NCBI GenBank assembly: GCA_964016885.1
Contig: OZ024743.1
Span: 89,280,001-89,344,000 of the forward strand
Direction of reading: 5' to 3'
DNA from: Eledone cirrhosa
Taxonomy: Eukaryota
DNA length: 64,000 nucleotides
How positions within the stretch are numbered: position 1 is the stretch's first letter; the number at the start of each line of letters is the position of its first letter. Below are positions 14,591 through 29,544 of the stretch, piece after piece. The position numbers and the translations under genes were made by a program. The notes beneath the pieces were generated by a model. It had not been told where the DNA came from, searched no databases, and worked only from the letters and a program-made list of their open reading frames with translations.

Positions 14591-14659
<69 letters not shown>

Positions 14660-14704
14660 CATATATATACATATATATATATATATGTATATATATATAT
14701 GTAA

Positions 14705-14759
<55 letters not shown>

Positions 14760-14790
14760 TACATATATATATATATATACATATATACAC

Positions 14791-14874
<84 letters not shown>

Positions 14875-15969
14875 ATGTATAACGCTATCAACCCCAGTGT
14901 GGTAGTGTAACAGAAGGTTAGTCTAAATAACTACGATGGCAGTGTGTTTATAAGCCAACTTGAAAGTTCAAGAGTTCATAGATAGCTGGATCTATTGGAA
15001 TTTGTAATATGATGAACACTATGATTGTCCTTCACCCTTACTACTACCTCTTAGCTACCTTCTTTTCTTCTTTATCCGATTCTACTCACGGTAGAGTTTC
15101 GGAACGAGCAGTGGTGAATTAAGGAGTGAGGCGGGAGTGGGGCTCTGGCTCAGCTGTAGCCAGAGGCACCCCCGCCTCACACAATATTTAAAGGGTCCCA
15201 AATTGATTTTTGTTTTTGCTACCGAAAATGATTGTTTCTAACATTGGTGCAAGGCTAGAAATATTTTGGGGGAGGGGAAAACTGGATTATATCGACCCCA
15301 GTACTCTACTGGTACTTTATTTTGCAAACCGCGGATGGATGAAACGCAAAGATAACCTCGGTGGGATTTGAACTCAGAAGGTAGAAAGTTGTAACTAGAT
15401 AACAAAAGGCATTTTATTCGATATTCTTCCTACATTGCCTTTTGCTACCATAAGGGCCCGATTAAATTACCAGCCAGAGACTCCATAATATTTAAAGGGT
15501 CCAAAATTATTTTTTTTGTTTTTGCTACCGTAAAAAATACACAAATGTCCCGATGAAAATTACAGCCATGACTTCTCCCACAATATTTATAGGGCTCCCA
15601 AATTATATATATATATATATAATATATGTGTGAGCATGTGTGTATTGCTACCAGAAATAATATGCAAGGGGTCCGATGGCATTTTCAGCCAGGTCTGAAC
15701 AGTCGATTTCTTCCGGAGTAGGAAAAGAAAGAGAGAGAGTGTGAGTTAGAAGATGAATCGACCCCAGTACCGGACTGATATGTTTCTTCATCGTCCTCGA
15801 AAGGATGAAAGGCAAAGTTGACCTCGGCGGGTTTTAAACACAGAGCACAGAGCCGGAACGAATCCCCCAGAGTTCTAACGACTCTGCCAATTTTCCGCCT
15901 CTCTATAATATAGGACAACCTAATTATTTTATATTCCAATATTTCTCCTCGTCCCCTTCAGTGTTTTAA

Positions 15970-16191
<222 letters not shown>

Positions 16192-16710
16192 TAGCTTATA
16201 GCTTTAAGAGACCAAGTTGGCGAAGAAACAACTTTTATGTCTATAGTTTAATACCTTTTCTGTTTTGTTGACGTCTATCTATCAAATGTTTTAGTTATTC
16301 AACAATAGTATAGGTTAAATAAATCTCCATGTTTTGATATATGACTTGTATCTGTTTTCAATCGAAACACGCAGACTAGTCTATATATTTGTTAATATCT
16401 TTTCTGTTTTAGTAATTTGTTTCTGTTATTTTCTAAAAATAAAACTTTCTTTTCTGTTTTATTAGGTTATTTTTATATAAAAAAATTACATCTTTTCTGT
16501 TTGTGAAAGATCTTTTGTGTTCTTCACATCTTTTCTGTTTTAACATATTTTCTATTTCGATAGCGACTTTTCTGTCTTTTTCTGTTCTGGCAACAACTTT
16601 TCTGTTTTGTTATCATGTTTTGTTGACGTCTTTGAATCAGTAATGAAGTTTATTGTCATATAATAAAGTCAATGTCGCTAATTTTGGTTATTTTTTATCT
16701 TTCTGTCCAG

Positions 16711-16767
16711 GATGCAACAGCTGAGGAAGAAGGGGAGTTTGAAGAAGAAGAAGCAGAAGAGAATTAA
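16711..16767 (+). CDS. TUBB: Beta-tubulin, last coding exon (acidic tail DATAEEEGEFEEEEAEEN*)
   Basis: Pyrimidine tract plus ccag acceptor at 16707-16710; phase-0 continuation YQQYQ|DATAEEEGEF; TAA stop at 16765-16767. Confidence 0.95.
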   Translation, partial: DATAEEEGEFEEEEAEEN

Positions 16768-16831
16768 AACGAGATAACACCCAACCAAAGTCAAAGTAGC
16801 AATTACAAAAACACAACCAATGTTTATACTC

Positions 16832-16837
16832 AATAAA
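16832..16837 (+). promoter_or_regulatory. Putative polyadenylation signal of the beta-tubulin gene
   Basis: AATAAA 65 nt after the stop codon, followed by T-rich sequence. Confidence 0.55.
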
Positions 16838-18299
16838 ACAATTTCTAAATATTGTTCCAATTTTTTATGACTATTTTCTTTTTACATTTCTATGTCAGAA
16901 AGGTTTACAATTGAAGTAGGGATCTCCTAGAATTGTAGTCCTCTGAATTTCCCCTGGGTTATGGTTGTCCTTCTAATATCCCCCACACAAACACACACAC
17001 TTTATGAATACAAGCAGAAATCTTTCAACCATCATTAGATTCCATTTCGCGCGTTCACATAAATACCACGAGCTTATTAATGTGTGTAATGTTTAAGATT
17101 GGTTATTTCTGTTTAGACAGCATCGAACCCTACACCAGAAAATAGCACACTCCTACACACATACTCAATTCTAAGCACCCACTTGCAATTGTCGACATCC
17201 AGCCACCCGTCTGCTGAAGGGATTCTGCCATTTCATGGTAGGGATGTATACGGTAACCCTCACTCACCTGATGCTATATCAGGTGGTATACTCCAACGTC
17301 AAAATAATGAAAGGCATTTATCCAAGGTTCTTCCTATACTGTTATTTTGTTACCAAAAGGGCCCTGATTAAATTACCAGCCTGAGACACTACAATATTTA
17401 AAGGGTCCACAATTATTATCATTTTTTTTTCTACCGTGCATCAAGATTCTCCCAAATGCCATTTGGGGAAACCTCTGACACACTCACCATGAACTGGTTT
17501 TCAAATAATTGAGACAGCACAAGCGATCGCATGATAACATCACAAGTAAAGTCTCGTTGAAAATGAAAGAGCTCCTTTGGATCATTATTGACTAATCATG
17601 GGTTCGCAACCCTTCCCATAAGGCAGGTTAGAGTGGGCGATTTGTGGAAGACCAGCAGTCGTTCATGCATGCAAGCCTCTTCTCTCTGTGTCACCGTTGT
17701 TGCCCAAGGGGAAAGCAAAGGTAAATTCAGCTTGGACTGGCACTAGTCTTGTTACAACTAACTCCCCCCGAGAATATGCGAGCAACAAGTGTCTTGCTTA
17801 AGTACACAACGCGCCGCTCGGTTGGAAAATTGAACCTACAGCATGACGATCATGAGCCCAGCATCCTAACCACTAAGCCATTCGCATTCACCTTAAATTT
17901 TAAACAATTGACACCAATACACACATTTGCTTCCCAACTTGCTCTAATAATACTTCCCCAGATATCACCTTCTGCTTCATACATACATCTAGTTCCCATA
18001 ACCACGTAGCTAACAATCCCCCATCTTTACTCAGACAAACCTACCAATTATGTTCTCATATCAATGAAAAACACAAGAACACTTTTACAAACTTAAAAAA
18101 AAGTATGTCCGCCAAGAAACAGAATCAGGCTTTTCAGAATTCAACAACACTACAATCATCAGCATATACATTGCAGTGCATACATTCATCAAAATAATTA
18201 TAGGCGCACCCAAAGAACATATCCCCCAAGGCAACATAAACGAACAAATTCGACACAAATTACATATCAATAATAGGCAGTCTCATAAAAATCAAGGAC

Positions 18300-21165
18300 A
18301 AACTCAAACATTACACACAACCTCAAACAACACGCACACCACACACAACCTCAAACAACACACACACCACACACAACCTCAAACAACACACACATCACAC
18401 AACCTCAAACAACACACACATCACATACACCCTCACACAACACACACCACACACAGCCTCAAACAACACACACATCACATACACCCTCAAACAACACACA
18501 CACCACACACAACCTCAAACAACACACACACCACACACAACCTCAAACAACACACATCACACACAGCCTCAAACAACACACATCACACACAGCCTCAAAC
18601 AACACACACACAACACACAACCTCAAACAACACACACACCACACACAACCTCAAACAACACACACATCACACAACCTCAAACAACACACACATCACATAC
18701 ACCCTCACACAACACACACCACACACAGCCTCAAACAACACACACATCACATACACCCTCAAACAACACACACCACACACAGCCTCAAACAACACACACA
18801 TTACATACAACCCCAAACAACACACCACACACAGCCTCAAACAACACACACATTACATACACCCTCAAACAACATACACCACACACAGCCTCAAACAACA
18901 CACACACCACACACAGCCTCAAACAACACACACCACACACAGCCTCAAACAACACACACATTACATACACCCTCAAACAACACACACTACACACAGCCTC
19001 AAACAACACACACATTACATACACCCTCAAACAACACACACTACACACACCCTCAAACAACACACACTACACACCGCCTCAAACAACACACACATTACAT
19101 ACACCCTCAAACAACACACACTACACACAGCCTCAAACAACACACACACCACACACAGCCTCAAACAACACACACATCACATACACCCTCAAACAACACA
19201 CACATCACATACACCCTCAAACAACACACATCACACACAAACTCAAACATAACACGCACCACACAGCCTCAAACAACACACACATTACATACACCCTCAA
19301 ACAACACACACTACACACAGCCTCAAACAACACACACACCACACACAGCCTCAAACAACACACACCACACACAGCCTCAAACAATACACACATCACATAC
19401 ACCCTCAAACAACACACACCACACACAGCCTCAAACAATACACACCACACACAGCCTCAAACAACACACACATTACATACAATCTCAAACAACACACACC
19501 ACACAAAGCCTCAAACAACACACACACCACACACAGCCTCAAACAACACACACCACACACAGCCTCAAACAACACACACATCACATACACCCTCAAAAAA
19601 CACACACATCACATACACCCTCAAACAACACACACATTACATACACCCGCAAACAACACACACATTACATACAATCTCAAACAACACACCACACACAGCC
19701 TCAGACAACACACACATTACATACAACCTCAAACAACACACACCACACACAGCCTCAGACAACACACACATTACACACAACCTCAAACAACACACACCAC
19801 ACACAGCCTCAAACAACACACACATTACATACACCCTCAAACAACACACAGCCTCAGACAACACACACATTACACACAACCTCAAACAACACACACCACA
19901 CACAGCCTCAAACAACACACACATTACATACACCCTCAAACAACACACAGCCTCAGACAACACACACATTACACACAACCTCAAACAACACACACCACAC
20001 ACAGCCTCAAACAACACACACATTACACACAACCTCAAACAACACACACATTACATACAACCTCAAACAACACACACCACACACAGCCTCAAACAACACA
20101 CACATTACACACAACCTCAAACAACACACACATTACATACAACCTCAAACAACACACACCACACACAGCCTCAAACAACACACACATTACACACAACCTC
20201 AAACAACACACACATTACATACAACCTCAAACAACACACACATTACATACAACCTCAAACAACACACACATTACACACAACCTCAAACAACACACACATT
20301 ACACACAACCTCAAACAACACACACATTACACACAACCTCAAACAACACACACCACACACAGCCTCAAACAACACACACATTACATACACCCTCAAACAA
20401 CACACAGCCTCAGACAACACACACATTACACACAACCTCAAACAACACACACCACACACAGCCTCAAACAACACACACATTACACACAACCTCAAACAAC
20501 ACACACATTACATACAACCTCAAACAACATACACCACACACAGCCTCAAACAACACACACATTACACACAACCTCAAACAACACACACATTACATACAAC
20601 CTCAAACAACACACACCACACACAGCCTCAAACAACACACACATTACACACAACCTCAAACAACACACACATTACATACAACCTCAAACAACACACACAT
20701 TACACACACCCTCAAACAACACACACATTACACACAACCTCAAACAACACACACATTACACACAACCTCAAACAACACACACATTACACACAACCTCAAA
20801 CAACACACACCACACACAGCCTCAAACAACACACACATTACATACACCCTCAAACAACACACAGCCTCAGACAACACACACATTACACACAACCTCAAAC
20901 AACACACACCACACACAGCCTCAAACAACACACACATTACACACAACCTCAAACAACACACACATTACATACAACCTCAAACAACACACACCACACACAG
21001 CCTCAAACAACACACACATTACACACAACCTCAAACAACACACACATTACATACAACCTCAAACAACACACACCACACACAGCCTCAAACAACACACACC
21101 ACACACAACCTCAAACAACACACACATTACATACAACCTCAAACAACACACACCACACACAGCCG
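18300..21165. repeat. CA-rich minisatellite (20-30-bp variant units around CTCAAACAACACAC) with higher-order repeats
   Basis: About 100 units; identical blocks at 20283-20504 and 20740-20961 (period 457). Confidence 0.95.
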
Positions 21166-21699
21166 AAATAAAACCCAGCACCAGACTGACTACACAAGGG
21201 AATAATAAAAATAAATTAAAAAGAACCAACGATGTAAAACTGGTAAATATTTGTATCCACATCAATCTCTGTAAAGCGGAAAGCTAAGACTGTATCACTA
21301 TAGTGGGGCTATTTGAGGAACATCAACAACAAGAACAACTGTCACCTCTATCACAACGATGAAGCACCACCATCACCAACTCCATTATGAAGACGATGTC
21401 GACCACCACCACCACCACCACCATCCAGTGTCACCATTAAGTGCCACCACCACAACTTCCGCCAGTCATCGCCACAAAATCGAACAAAATGTGTTGCAAC
21501 GTTTAGTTACCACTTTCTATATGTTGCTAACGCCGCTGAAGTGAACATTGCCTTTCATTTTTCTGGGGCCAATAAAATAATGTACAAGCGCGTGGGCCCC
21601 AGTTTGATTATAGTAGTAAGAGATGGAGAGAGCGAGGGAGACGGAGGCAATGACTATACCAGCAGTACTGAAGTATATTGTAGAGTTAACGGCTAAGTG

Positions 21700-22440
21700 G
21701 GGGTCCCTCCGAAGGGTCTTTGGAGTAACGTTACTCGATAGAGTGCGTAGCACGGACCTGAGAGAGTGACTACAGGGAGGGCCGCTACTTCTCTGAATTG
21801 AGAGATCACAGCTTCGATACTATGGGCATGTGGTTAGGGTGTCTCAGGAAAAAAGGGCTGGACAGATTTTACGGGTAAAACCAACCGACAGGAGACCCAG
21901 GGTGGGGTAGACCCCGAGCAAGGTGGTTGGATAACATCCATGAGCTTGGGCGGTCCCACTTGGGAATCCAGCCGGATCAGTTGGAGACGGTTAAGCAACC
22001 GTCTCCAACTGATACGGCTGGATTCCCAAGTGGGACCGCCCAAGCTCATGGACCTGCTGGAGGGAGTGTTTGAGGACTCTGCTTCCATGACACTCTCAGG
22101 AATAAGAGTGAGAAGAAGTAGGAGATGAAGAAGAAGAAGAAGAAGAAGAAGAAGGCGTACGAAGAAGAAGAAGGCGTACGAAGAAGAAGAAGAAGAAGAA
22201 GGCGTACAAAGAAGAAGAAGAGGAAGAAGAAGAAGGCGTACGAAGAAGAAGAAGAAGAAGAAGAAGAAGAAGAAGAAAGCGTACGAAGAAGAAGAAGAAG
22301 AAGAAGAAGAAGAAGAAGGCGTACAAAGAAGGCGTAAGAAGAAAAAGAAGAAGAAGAAGAAGGCGTACGAAGAAGACGTACGAAGAAGAAGAAGAAGAAG
22401 AAGAAGAAGGCGTACAAAGAAGAAGAAGAAGAAGAAGATG
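21700..22440 (+). mobile_element. RTE-clade LINE 3' fragment with (GAA)n-derived tail
   Basis: Decayed IERSQLRYYGHVVR...GRPRARWLDNI; ~300-bp GAA/GGCGTAC tail; flanked by aacggctaagtg / aacggttaagtg (probable TSD). Confidence 0.78.
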
Positions 22441-22719
22441 AACGGTTAAGTGATTTTACAACGAGCCTTTGGTATGACCAAAGAACGAACTCTTCCTATG
22501 GATTATTAAGTACTGGAGTCGATATAAATGACCCCCCCCCTCCTCCCCAATAGTTGGCTTCGTGCCTGAAAGAAAGAATTAATAATGCTGCCGGCTCCAA
22601 TGATATAAATCAATACGTCAGATTAATGAAATTATTATGGGATGTTCATTAATGTAACAATACATCTATTCACCTTTCTCAACTAATGAAAACTAGAGTC
22701 AAAACTTTATTACCAACTC

Positions 22720-22814
22720 TCTCTCCCCTCTCTTTCTCACTCACCCTCTCCTCCGTTCTCTCTCTCTCTCTTTCTCTCTCTCCCTCCCCTCTCTTTCTCA
22801 CTCACCCTCTCCTC

Positions 22815-22849
<35 letters not shown>

Positions 22850-22993
22850 CCTCTCTTTCTCACTCACCCTCTCCTCCGTTCTCTCTCTCTCTCCCCCCTC
22901 TCTTTCTCACTCACCCTCTCCTCCGTTATCTCTCTCTCTCTCTCCCCCGCTTTCCCCCCTCTCTTTCTCACTCACCCTCTCCTCCGTTCTCTC

Positions 22994-23029
<36 letters not shown>

Positions 23030-23064
23030 GCTTTCCCCCTCTCTTTCTCACTCACCCTCTCCTC

Positions 23065-23122
<58 letters not shown>

Positions 23123-23150
23123 TTCTATCTATCTCTCTCTCTCTCTCTCT
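22720..23150. repeat. CT-rich minisatellite (ctttctcactcaccctctcctccgtt + (CT)n)
   Basis: Six units visible. Confidence 0.85.
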
Positions 23151-23953
23151 CTCCAGTGTGGTATTATGTCCGTCAAATACGCTCTATTGGTAGTATATAT
23201 ATCTCTCTCTCTCTCATTCACTCACTCTCTCTCTCCCTCTAGTGTGGTGTTGAGTCTATCAACTGTAATAAATTGTTAGTCTTTCTTTCTCTCCCTCAAC
23301 CCTCCCTCACTCTCTCCGTCAATTCCCCCCACTCTCTCTTTCCTTCTATCTCTCTCACTCTCTCCCTCTCTCAGTGTCATGCTGTGTCCATCAAATATGC
23401 CATGTAAGCAGTATCTCTCTGCCTCTCCCTTTCTGACTCTCTCTCCCCCTCTCACTCTCTCTCTCATTCTCTCACACACACACACATTCTCTCTCTCTCT
23501 CTAGTATCGTGTTATGTCTCTACAATAAATATGCTATACAAGCAGTATTGTGCTGCAGTCCTACCAGAAATAACTGCAAAGCTGCAGTGAAAAAAAAAAA
23601 GTAATTGATTTTGGCAAAATACCGGAGAAATAATGTCTCACTTGCTAGTCTTTGGTCTAATAATAATAATGATTTCATTTATTGGCCACAAGGGCCGACA
23701 TATAGGGGACAATACAAAAGACTGGGACAGTGGGGTTTTACAGAAAAATCAAGTAAACAATATGAATCACAATAACAAAGTAACAATAACAAAGTAACAA
23801 TAAAGTAACAATAAAATTACAACAAGAAAAAAAAATTCCCCAATAGGGGGGATGACCACCTAGGGTTCGCTCAGGTACCCCACTAGTTCTGAACGACCCG
23901 ACGCTTCCAGAGCACCCTGGAAGGACACCCCTCTCCTCCTCAAATTTACCTAC

Positions 23954-26900
23954 CTACAGCCGCATGACCAGAGTAGGCCCACTCACACGGGCCATTCTCG
24001 CCACATTCACCCACCTTTCAGTACTGGGGGGCAGCACTTCTCTCTCCACCCTCACCTTCCTTTCCAAGTGAAACTTGAAAAACTTGATGAGGGATTGGCC
24101 GAAGATAAAAGTGTCTGTCTTCAGTCCTTTCAACCTCGTCCACCATACAACCTCTTTCGCTACTGCCACCAGACAGAGGAAAATTGCCTGCCCTTCCTGG
24201 CCAAAAGAAGGCGGCGGACCGATCTTCACTATGGACTCAGCCGATAGCCGGATCCGTTCTACACGCGACAACAGCTGTTCAACATAACTCCACAAGTCAG
24301 TAATGCACGGACACTGGACGAGTGCGTGCAGAACGGTTTCGTCGCTCTGCGCGCATCTCGGGCAGGTCCGTCTGTAGAGTTTATCTCGAACCGGCAGTGC
24401 CCCCCGGTAGCACTGCCAAGCGAGGGATTTTTTGAAATTATCCATCGTCCCCGGCTCGAGAGTCCTCCGGTACAGACTGGATAGTTCGACTTCGTTGACT
24501 CCCAGAGCCTCTCCGAGTGCGTCGTCGCACTTGCCCACTACTAATCCTCTATAGAACTCGAGAGTGGAAGTTCCGCTGACCGCATTGCCCGCCTGGTAGA
24601 GGGCAGCGAGTGCTTGGCAACATTGCAGATGCCAGTCACCCAGTCTCGGTCTCTTCTTGACCCAGGACTGCAGCTCAGTCAAAGAAACGAGCTACGGAAA
24701 GGCCCGTCTGACAAACGGCCACCACACCTGTTCACCGTTTAGGCAGAATATCTGGAGATGCCGCAGCCCCACGTCATGCAAAGCCATCCACGTAGAAGGT
24801 GCTGGCAGCAGATGGACCGCCTCACCAGAGGAATCTGACCCCTCCACAAGAATTTGAAGAGGAGCCGCTCCAAGATGGCGAGGCGCGAACGGGGGCAAGG
24901 GACGACAGTCATACGGTAGTAGATGACGGACGCGATGTACGCGTTCGCCACCTCAGCCCGACCTTTCAGTGATAACTTCATCCCAGCCCATTTCAGGGTG
25001 AGACTGACTACCCTGCCCGTCACCTCGTACCAATTCTTATCCACCTGGAGGTCTGGCCCGAACCAAACCCCTAGCAACTTTACCGGTCCGTCCGTCCAGC
25101 GCCTAACGAAGCTGTTGGACGGCATGGACTTGCCTATCCAGGTGCCGAGTTGCAAGCCCACCGACTTTTCCGGGTTAAGTTTTGCTCCCGTCAACCTTTC
25201 ATATTCCTCCAATAAGTTGCCGACCACCTCGATATCTGAGGTGTCCGACACCATCACGGTGATGTCGTCTGCATAAGCCGACACAGCCTTTCCGCGTCCC
25301 GGTTCGAGCGGGATGCCCTGCAACAGCTCCAGCTTCCGCAGTAAAGGCTCGAGAGTCAATACGTACAGAAGGGAGGAGAGAGGGCACCCTTGACGGACCG
25401 ATCAGGAGACCTGAAACGGTTCCTAGAGATGGCCATTAATTTTGACCATCGAGCAGGTGCCGCTGTGAAGTTTAGCGATCCAGCCTCTGAAGACGGGGCC
25501 GAAGCCAGCCGCCTTGAGGACAGCCTCCAGGTATCGATGGCCGACCCTATCGAATGCTTTCGATTGATCTAAATTGATCAGAGCCCCACCGAAGCCAGGT
25601 TTACACCCAACCCTCTCTATGATGTATCGCATTAGGTGGAGGTTGTCGTGTATGGACCTGGTTGGGATTGCGCAAGTTTGCACCTCCCCAACCAAATCCC
25701 CGACGACGAGCGCCAACCTCTTCGCTAACACCCTGGCCAAAATCTTAAACTCTGTGTTGGGCCTGAAATTGTCTAATGTGTCCCTCTTGTTCTCGTCTTT
25801 CCTTATCAGCGTCACTACGCCCCGGCTCACAGAACTGGGAATACTCCCGTTTTGCTGCCAGTTGCAGTAGAGGGCTTCGAGGAGATTGGAGAACAAGTCC
25901 GGCATATTTACGTAAAGCTCGTAGGGCAGACCATCCAAACCGGGTGACTTGCGCCTCATGCAGCCGACAAGGGCATCCTGAATCTCGGCTGAAGTAATTG
26001 GCCTTTCTCAGCGCCCAGCGTCAGCGGTGGCAGTTGCGGCAAGCCATCGAGGTAGGGACTGAAGTCCGCCATCATCTCTGACCCGCCACTTCCCCCGAAC
26101 AACCGAGCAAAATGTTGGCGGAAGGCCTCACATCCGCTTGGAATCGCTCAGCTCGTGCTCGTCTCGGTCCGTCAAAGAACGAATCGTGGTTTTATTACCA
26201 CGCCGCGCCTCTGCCACGCGGGCCCATCGAACAGCTTTGGTTCCCTCGTTTCTCAGAGCACGCGCCTTAGCTCTCACAATGCAACCTTCGTGTTTCGCAT
26301 TGAAGAAATGGTCTAATGCCATTCTCGCTGCTAGCACGTCAGTTGCAATGCCACTACCAATAGCCTCGTCTAACTTATCTACCAGCTCCCCCTCCCTTCT
26401 ATTTTTCTCTAACGCTACTTCTTTGCTAAACTCTATCGACATTACTCTAATCTCTCTTTTGAGAGCCCCCTACCATCTATTGTTGACGACTCCCCCTGTC
26501 AACTTTTTCTTAACTAAATTGTTGACCTGGTCCCTGTAAGCCTTACGTGCCGGAAATGACATCGTTAGCTTCCAGTAACCAGGTCCTAACCTACGCGTCT
26601 TATCTAGGTCGACCATACAGATCACAAACTTGTGATCTGAATAGGCGACCGTTTCAAAACGTGGACAGCTTACACTATTTCTGTCTATTTTCCTAAAGAA
26701 TATCCTGTCTATATACGATCTAGATGACCCTATGCGGTTAGCCCAGGTCCACACTGGCGCATTAGGGAAATCTAGTCGGTACCTGTCAGACAGTTGGAAC
26801 TGGCTGATCAGGTTCTTGAGGCTTTTGCACCCCCCGCTCCTATCGGATACTCCCACACAGTCCCAGCGTGTGTCTAAGATGCCGTTCCAGTCCCCCGCTA

Positions 26901-27311
26901 ACAGTAAAGGGCGAGACGTACCCAGAAAGGCTTCCAGGCGTCGAAAGAAGTCCGGCCGTCCTGCCCCAGTAGGAGCATAGACGGCCACCAGTCTAAAGGC
27001 ACCACCTTCGTTATTGTTCACGTCCAGGACCACCAACTTCCCGTCCGGGTCCCGGAAGATCGACCTTACCTCGAGATCCAGGCTTTTCCTAAACAGCACT
27101 GCCACCCCGCCTCCCATTCCCGGCCGGCTGACAGATGCAAAGATCTGATATCCTCGAAAATGGGGGCCAGTGCGCGCGTGTCGGAAATCTTGGTCTCGCT
27201 GACTGCAATTACATCCATTTCTATAGACCTGAGGTCGTTGAGCAGGTGACCCTGCTTCCAGGACGATCCCAGGCCTCGAACATTTAAACATCCTACTCTT
27301 AATACGGCCAT
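23954..27311 (-). pseudogene. ORF2 (APE endonuclease, reverse transcriptase, zf) of Tx1 copy A, multiple frameshifts
   Basis: Consecutive ORF pieces 27066-27311, 26470-27291, 26128-26442, 25423-25959, 24739-25359 and 23954-24682 carry EN, RT and CCHC motifs in the correct order. Confidence 0.92.
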
Positions 27312-27344
27312 GTTGACAGGTTAAACAGAGAGAGAGGAAGGTTT

Positions 27345-29318
27345 ACTTACCTTCCGGGCTCTTGTGAAGGTCCGGTTGTTCGACCTCCATAGTTGGTGGG
27401 GTTTCTTTTGGGAACCCCTTTAAAAGTCTTGAAGTGGGTTTTACGTTCGGGGTTCCCACGTCCCGAGGAAAGCTGTCTCGTATTTCTTTGAATATGTCGA
27501 GCGACATTCGCACCAGAACCAAATCTTCCGACACGCGAAATGTGCTCGATTTAAAAAATTCCCCCTCTTTTTATATATGTTCACTTCGTGCTACGAGGAC
27601 CATCAGTTCCTTGTTGGCCCTCCTGACGAGCACGAAGTTTTGTATGTTTTGTTGGTGTGATTTTATTTGTTTGCGTGGCTGTGGTGGTGATGGTTTTGGT
27701 GGTGTTGTTTCGGTTGTATCTGTGTTTGTTGTGAGTGCGGTGTCTGTGGTTTCAGATGTTTGTGTCTATATTTGTTCGTGCGTCTGTTTCGGTTGTTTGC
27801 GTTTGGGGGATTCTGGTGATGGTGATGGTGGTGTTGATGTTGGTGTTATTGGAGAGATGTTTGTGTGGGTGGTGTCTGCGTTTTTTATTGTGGGTGCTTT
27901 TGTGCTTTGTTGAGTTTTTTTTTCTTCTTGTGTTTCCTTTTTTGTATTTTTGGGGATTTTGGTTTTCCCTCATTTTCACTACTGGTAGATGAGGGGTCTG
28001 TGTCTGTAAGTGTGTCTGTATGTATGTTTATGGTTTTATTGGTGTGTGTATTTTTGGGGGAGGGGGAATTTGACAGCTTTCCTCGTTTTCCCCCTGGGTG
28101 GTCAATGTTGGTGGTGGTCTTTCTATTGGTGTTGTTGTTGGTGGTTTTGCTGGTGCTGGTGTTGGTTGTGGTCCTCGCGCCGGCGTCGGCAGCAGTGGAG
28201 CCTTTCGACCCCTTGCCTCTTTCAGCAGTTGAGGGCAGAAGGCTCGCAAATGGGTTTTTTCCCCCACAAACAAAACACTGCGGCCTTTTGCCTTCGGTCA
28301 TAATGTGAATGACCGTCCCATTCTGAAGGCGGATGTGGTCCGGGATTTTCTTCACATTCTCGGGCCTGACCTGGAGAAGGATCTCCAGGCCAACCCCGGA
28401 CCAGTCCTCTCTGGCCGTTCTGGTCACTTCTATAGGGACGGTATCCGTTCCCTCCACAATCACACATCCCAGAAGCCACCACATGTCAAGTCCTGGTGGG
28501 ATTTTGGGAATGCGGAGACGGGCCGTTCTTTTTCCCATGTGGGAGGGGTACATTATGACCTTGCTGGTTTTGCAAGGAGTCATAGCGTGTTTCATAGCGA
28601 GGGCTTCTGACTTGAACAACACCGAAATGGTACCGTACTGTCTGCCCCTCTCTATGTATTCGGTGTCTTCTCTGATGCACCTCAGCGCGACTTCGACATC
28701 TTCTTGTGGGATTAAAGCTGCCGTTTTGGTTTGTGCTGAGATGCATCTATAATGCACCGTTCTGCGCTCCACTGCCTCAATAGCTTCTACCGAGACAGTT
28801 AAGTTGGCCCAAGTTTGCTCTTGCTTGATGAGCTTCCATGCCTGGGCCAACTTTTCATCTTTTTTTGAGAGGTCCATGTTGAAGCATGGTCTCTTTTTTG
28901 CTGTTGCCGCAGCGAAAGTGTTCTTCTTGTTTTCGTTGGGGGTGTTGTTGACGTTGTTCTTGTTGGTGTTGTTGTTAGCACTGTCGCTGTTATCATTGTT
29001 GTCTTTGTTGCTATCGTTGTTCTCGGTGCAGTTGGTATTGTTGCTGTTGGTGTTGTCGCTATTTGTTTTCATGTTAGTGGTGTTGATATTGTTGTTGTAT
29101 TTGTATTTTTTTTTTGTTATCTGTATTTTCGTTGTCGCTGTTACTGTCATTGTTTTCAAAATTAGAGTTCTCATTGGTATCATTGGTGTCTTTGTTTACC
29201 TTGTTTGTGGTGGTGTTTGTGTTATCAATGTGTGTTAATTTCGCTGTAGCGCTCCTCTCAACTTATACGTCGTTGTCGCACGACAGCCGACATATCGCTG
29301 GGGGGCGTGGCTCAGTCA
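27345..29318 (-). pseudogene. ORF1 (gag-like, zinc knuckle) of Tx1 copy A, disrupted
   Basis: 432-aa ORF 27885-29183 plus flanking frames; CX2CX4HX4C is restored across a frameshift near 28255. Confidence 0.8.
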
Positions 29319-29544
29319 TGTTTTTTTTTTTCTTCGTAAACTTTTTAACATGTGAAAAAAGTTCAAATATTTGGGCCAAAAGGCCCAAATATTATACTTT
29401 CCCCTTCACGGGGCAAAGTCTAAGGGCTTATATCCCTTACACAACAAGAAATATTTAACAACAAATAATTTTAACAGGCAAATAAAGCGACTTACTGTGA
29501 GCGAGCAAAATACGTCCGCTTAGACCAATAATAATAATAATAAT

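Larger units (their letters stand above)
23659..29526 (-). mobile_element. Tx1/L1-clade non-LTR retrotransposon copy A, near full length, frameshifted
   Basis: ORF1 (~29318-27345) has an Asn/Thr-rich start and a CCHC knuckle CFVCGGK/THLRAFC split by a frameshift. ORF2 starts at 27311 (MAVLRVGCLNVRGL, APE; SDH motif), has RT motifs KSPGLDG, DQSKAFDRV and YADD, and a C-terminal CPRC..ETVLHALVQC. The 3' end is CCCTTGTGGCCAATAAA..(ATT)n. Confidence 0.93.

Noticed and set aside
18176-21265. 358-aa His/Thr-rich ORF and a repeat-spacer appearance
   Set aside because: Minisatellite read-through; the linkers are variants of one another, not unique spacers.
23652-29528. ttggtctaa / ttagaccaa 9-bp inverted match at the ends of Tx1 copy A as TIRs
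   Set aside because: The element is clearly a non-LTR retrotransposon; a short AT-rich match is probably chance or a junction by-product.
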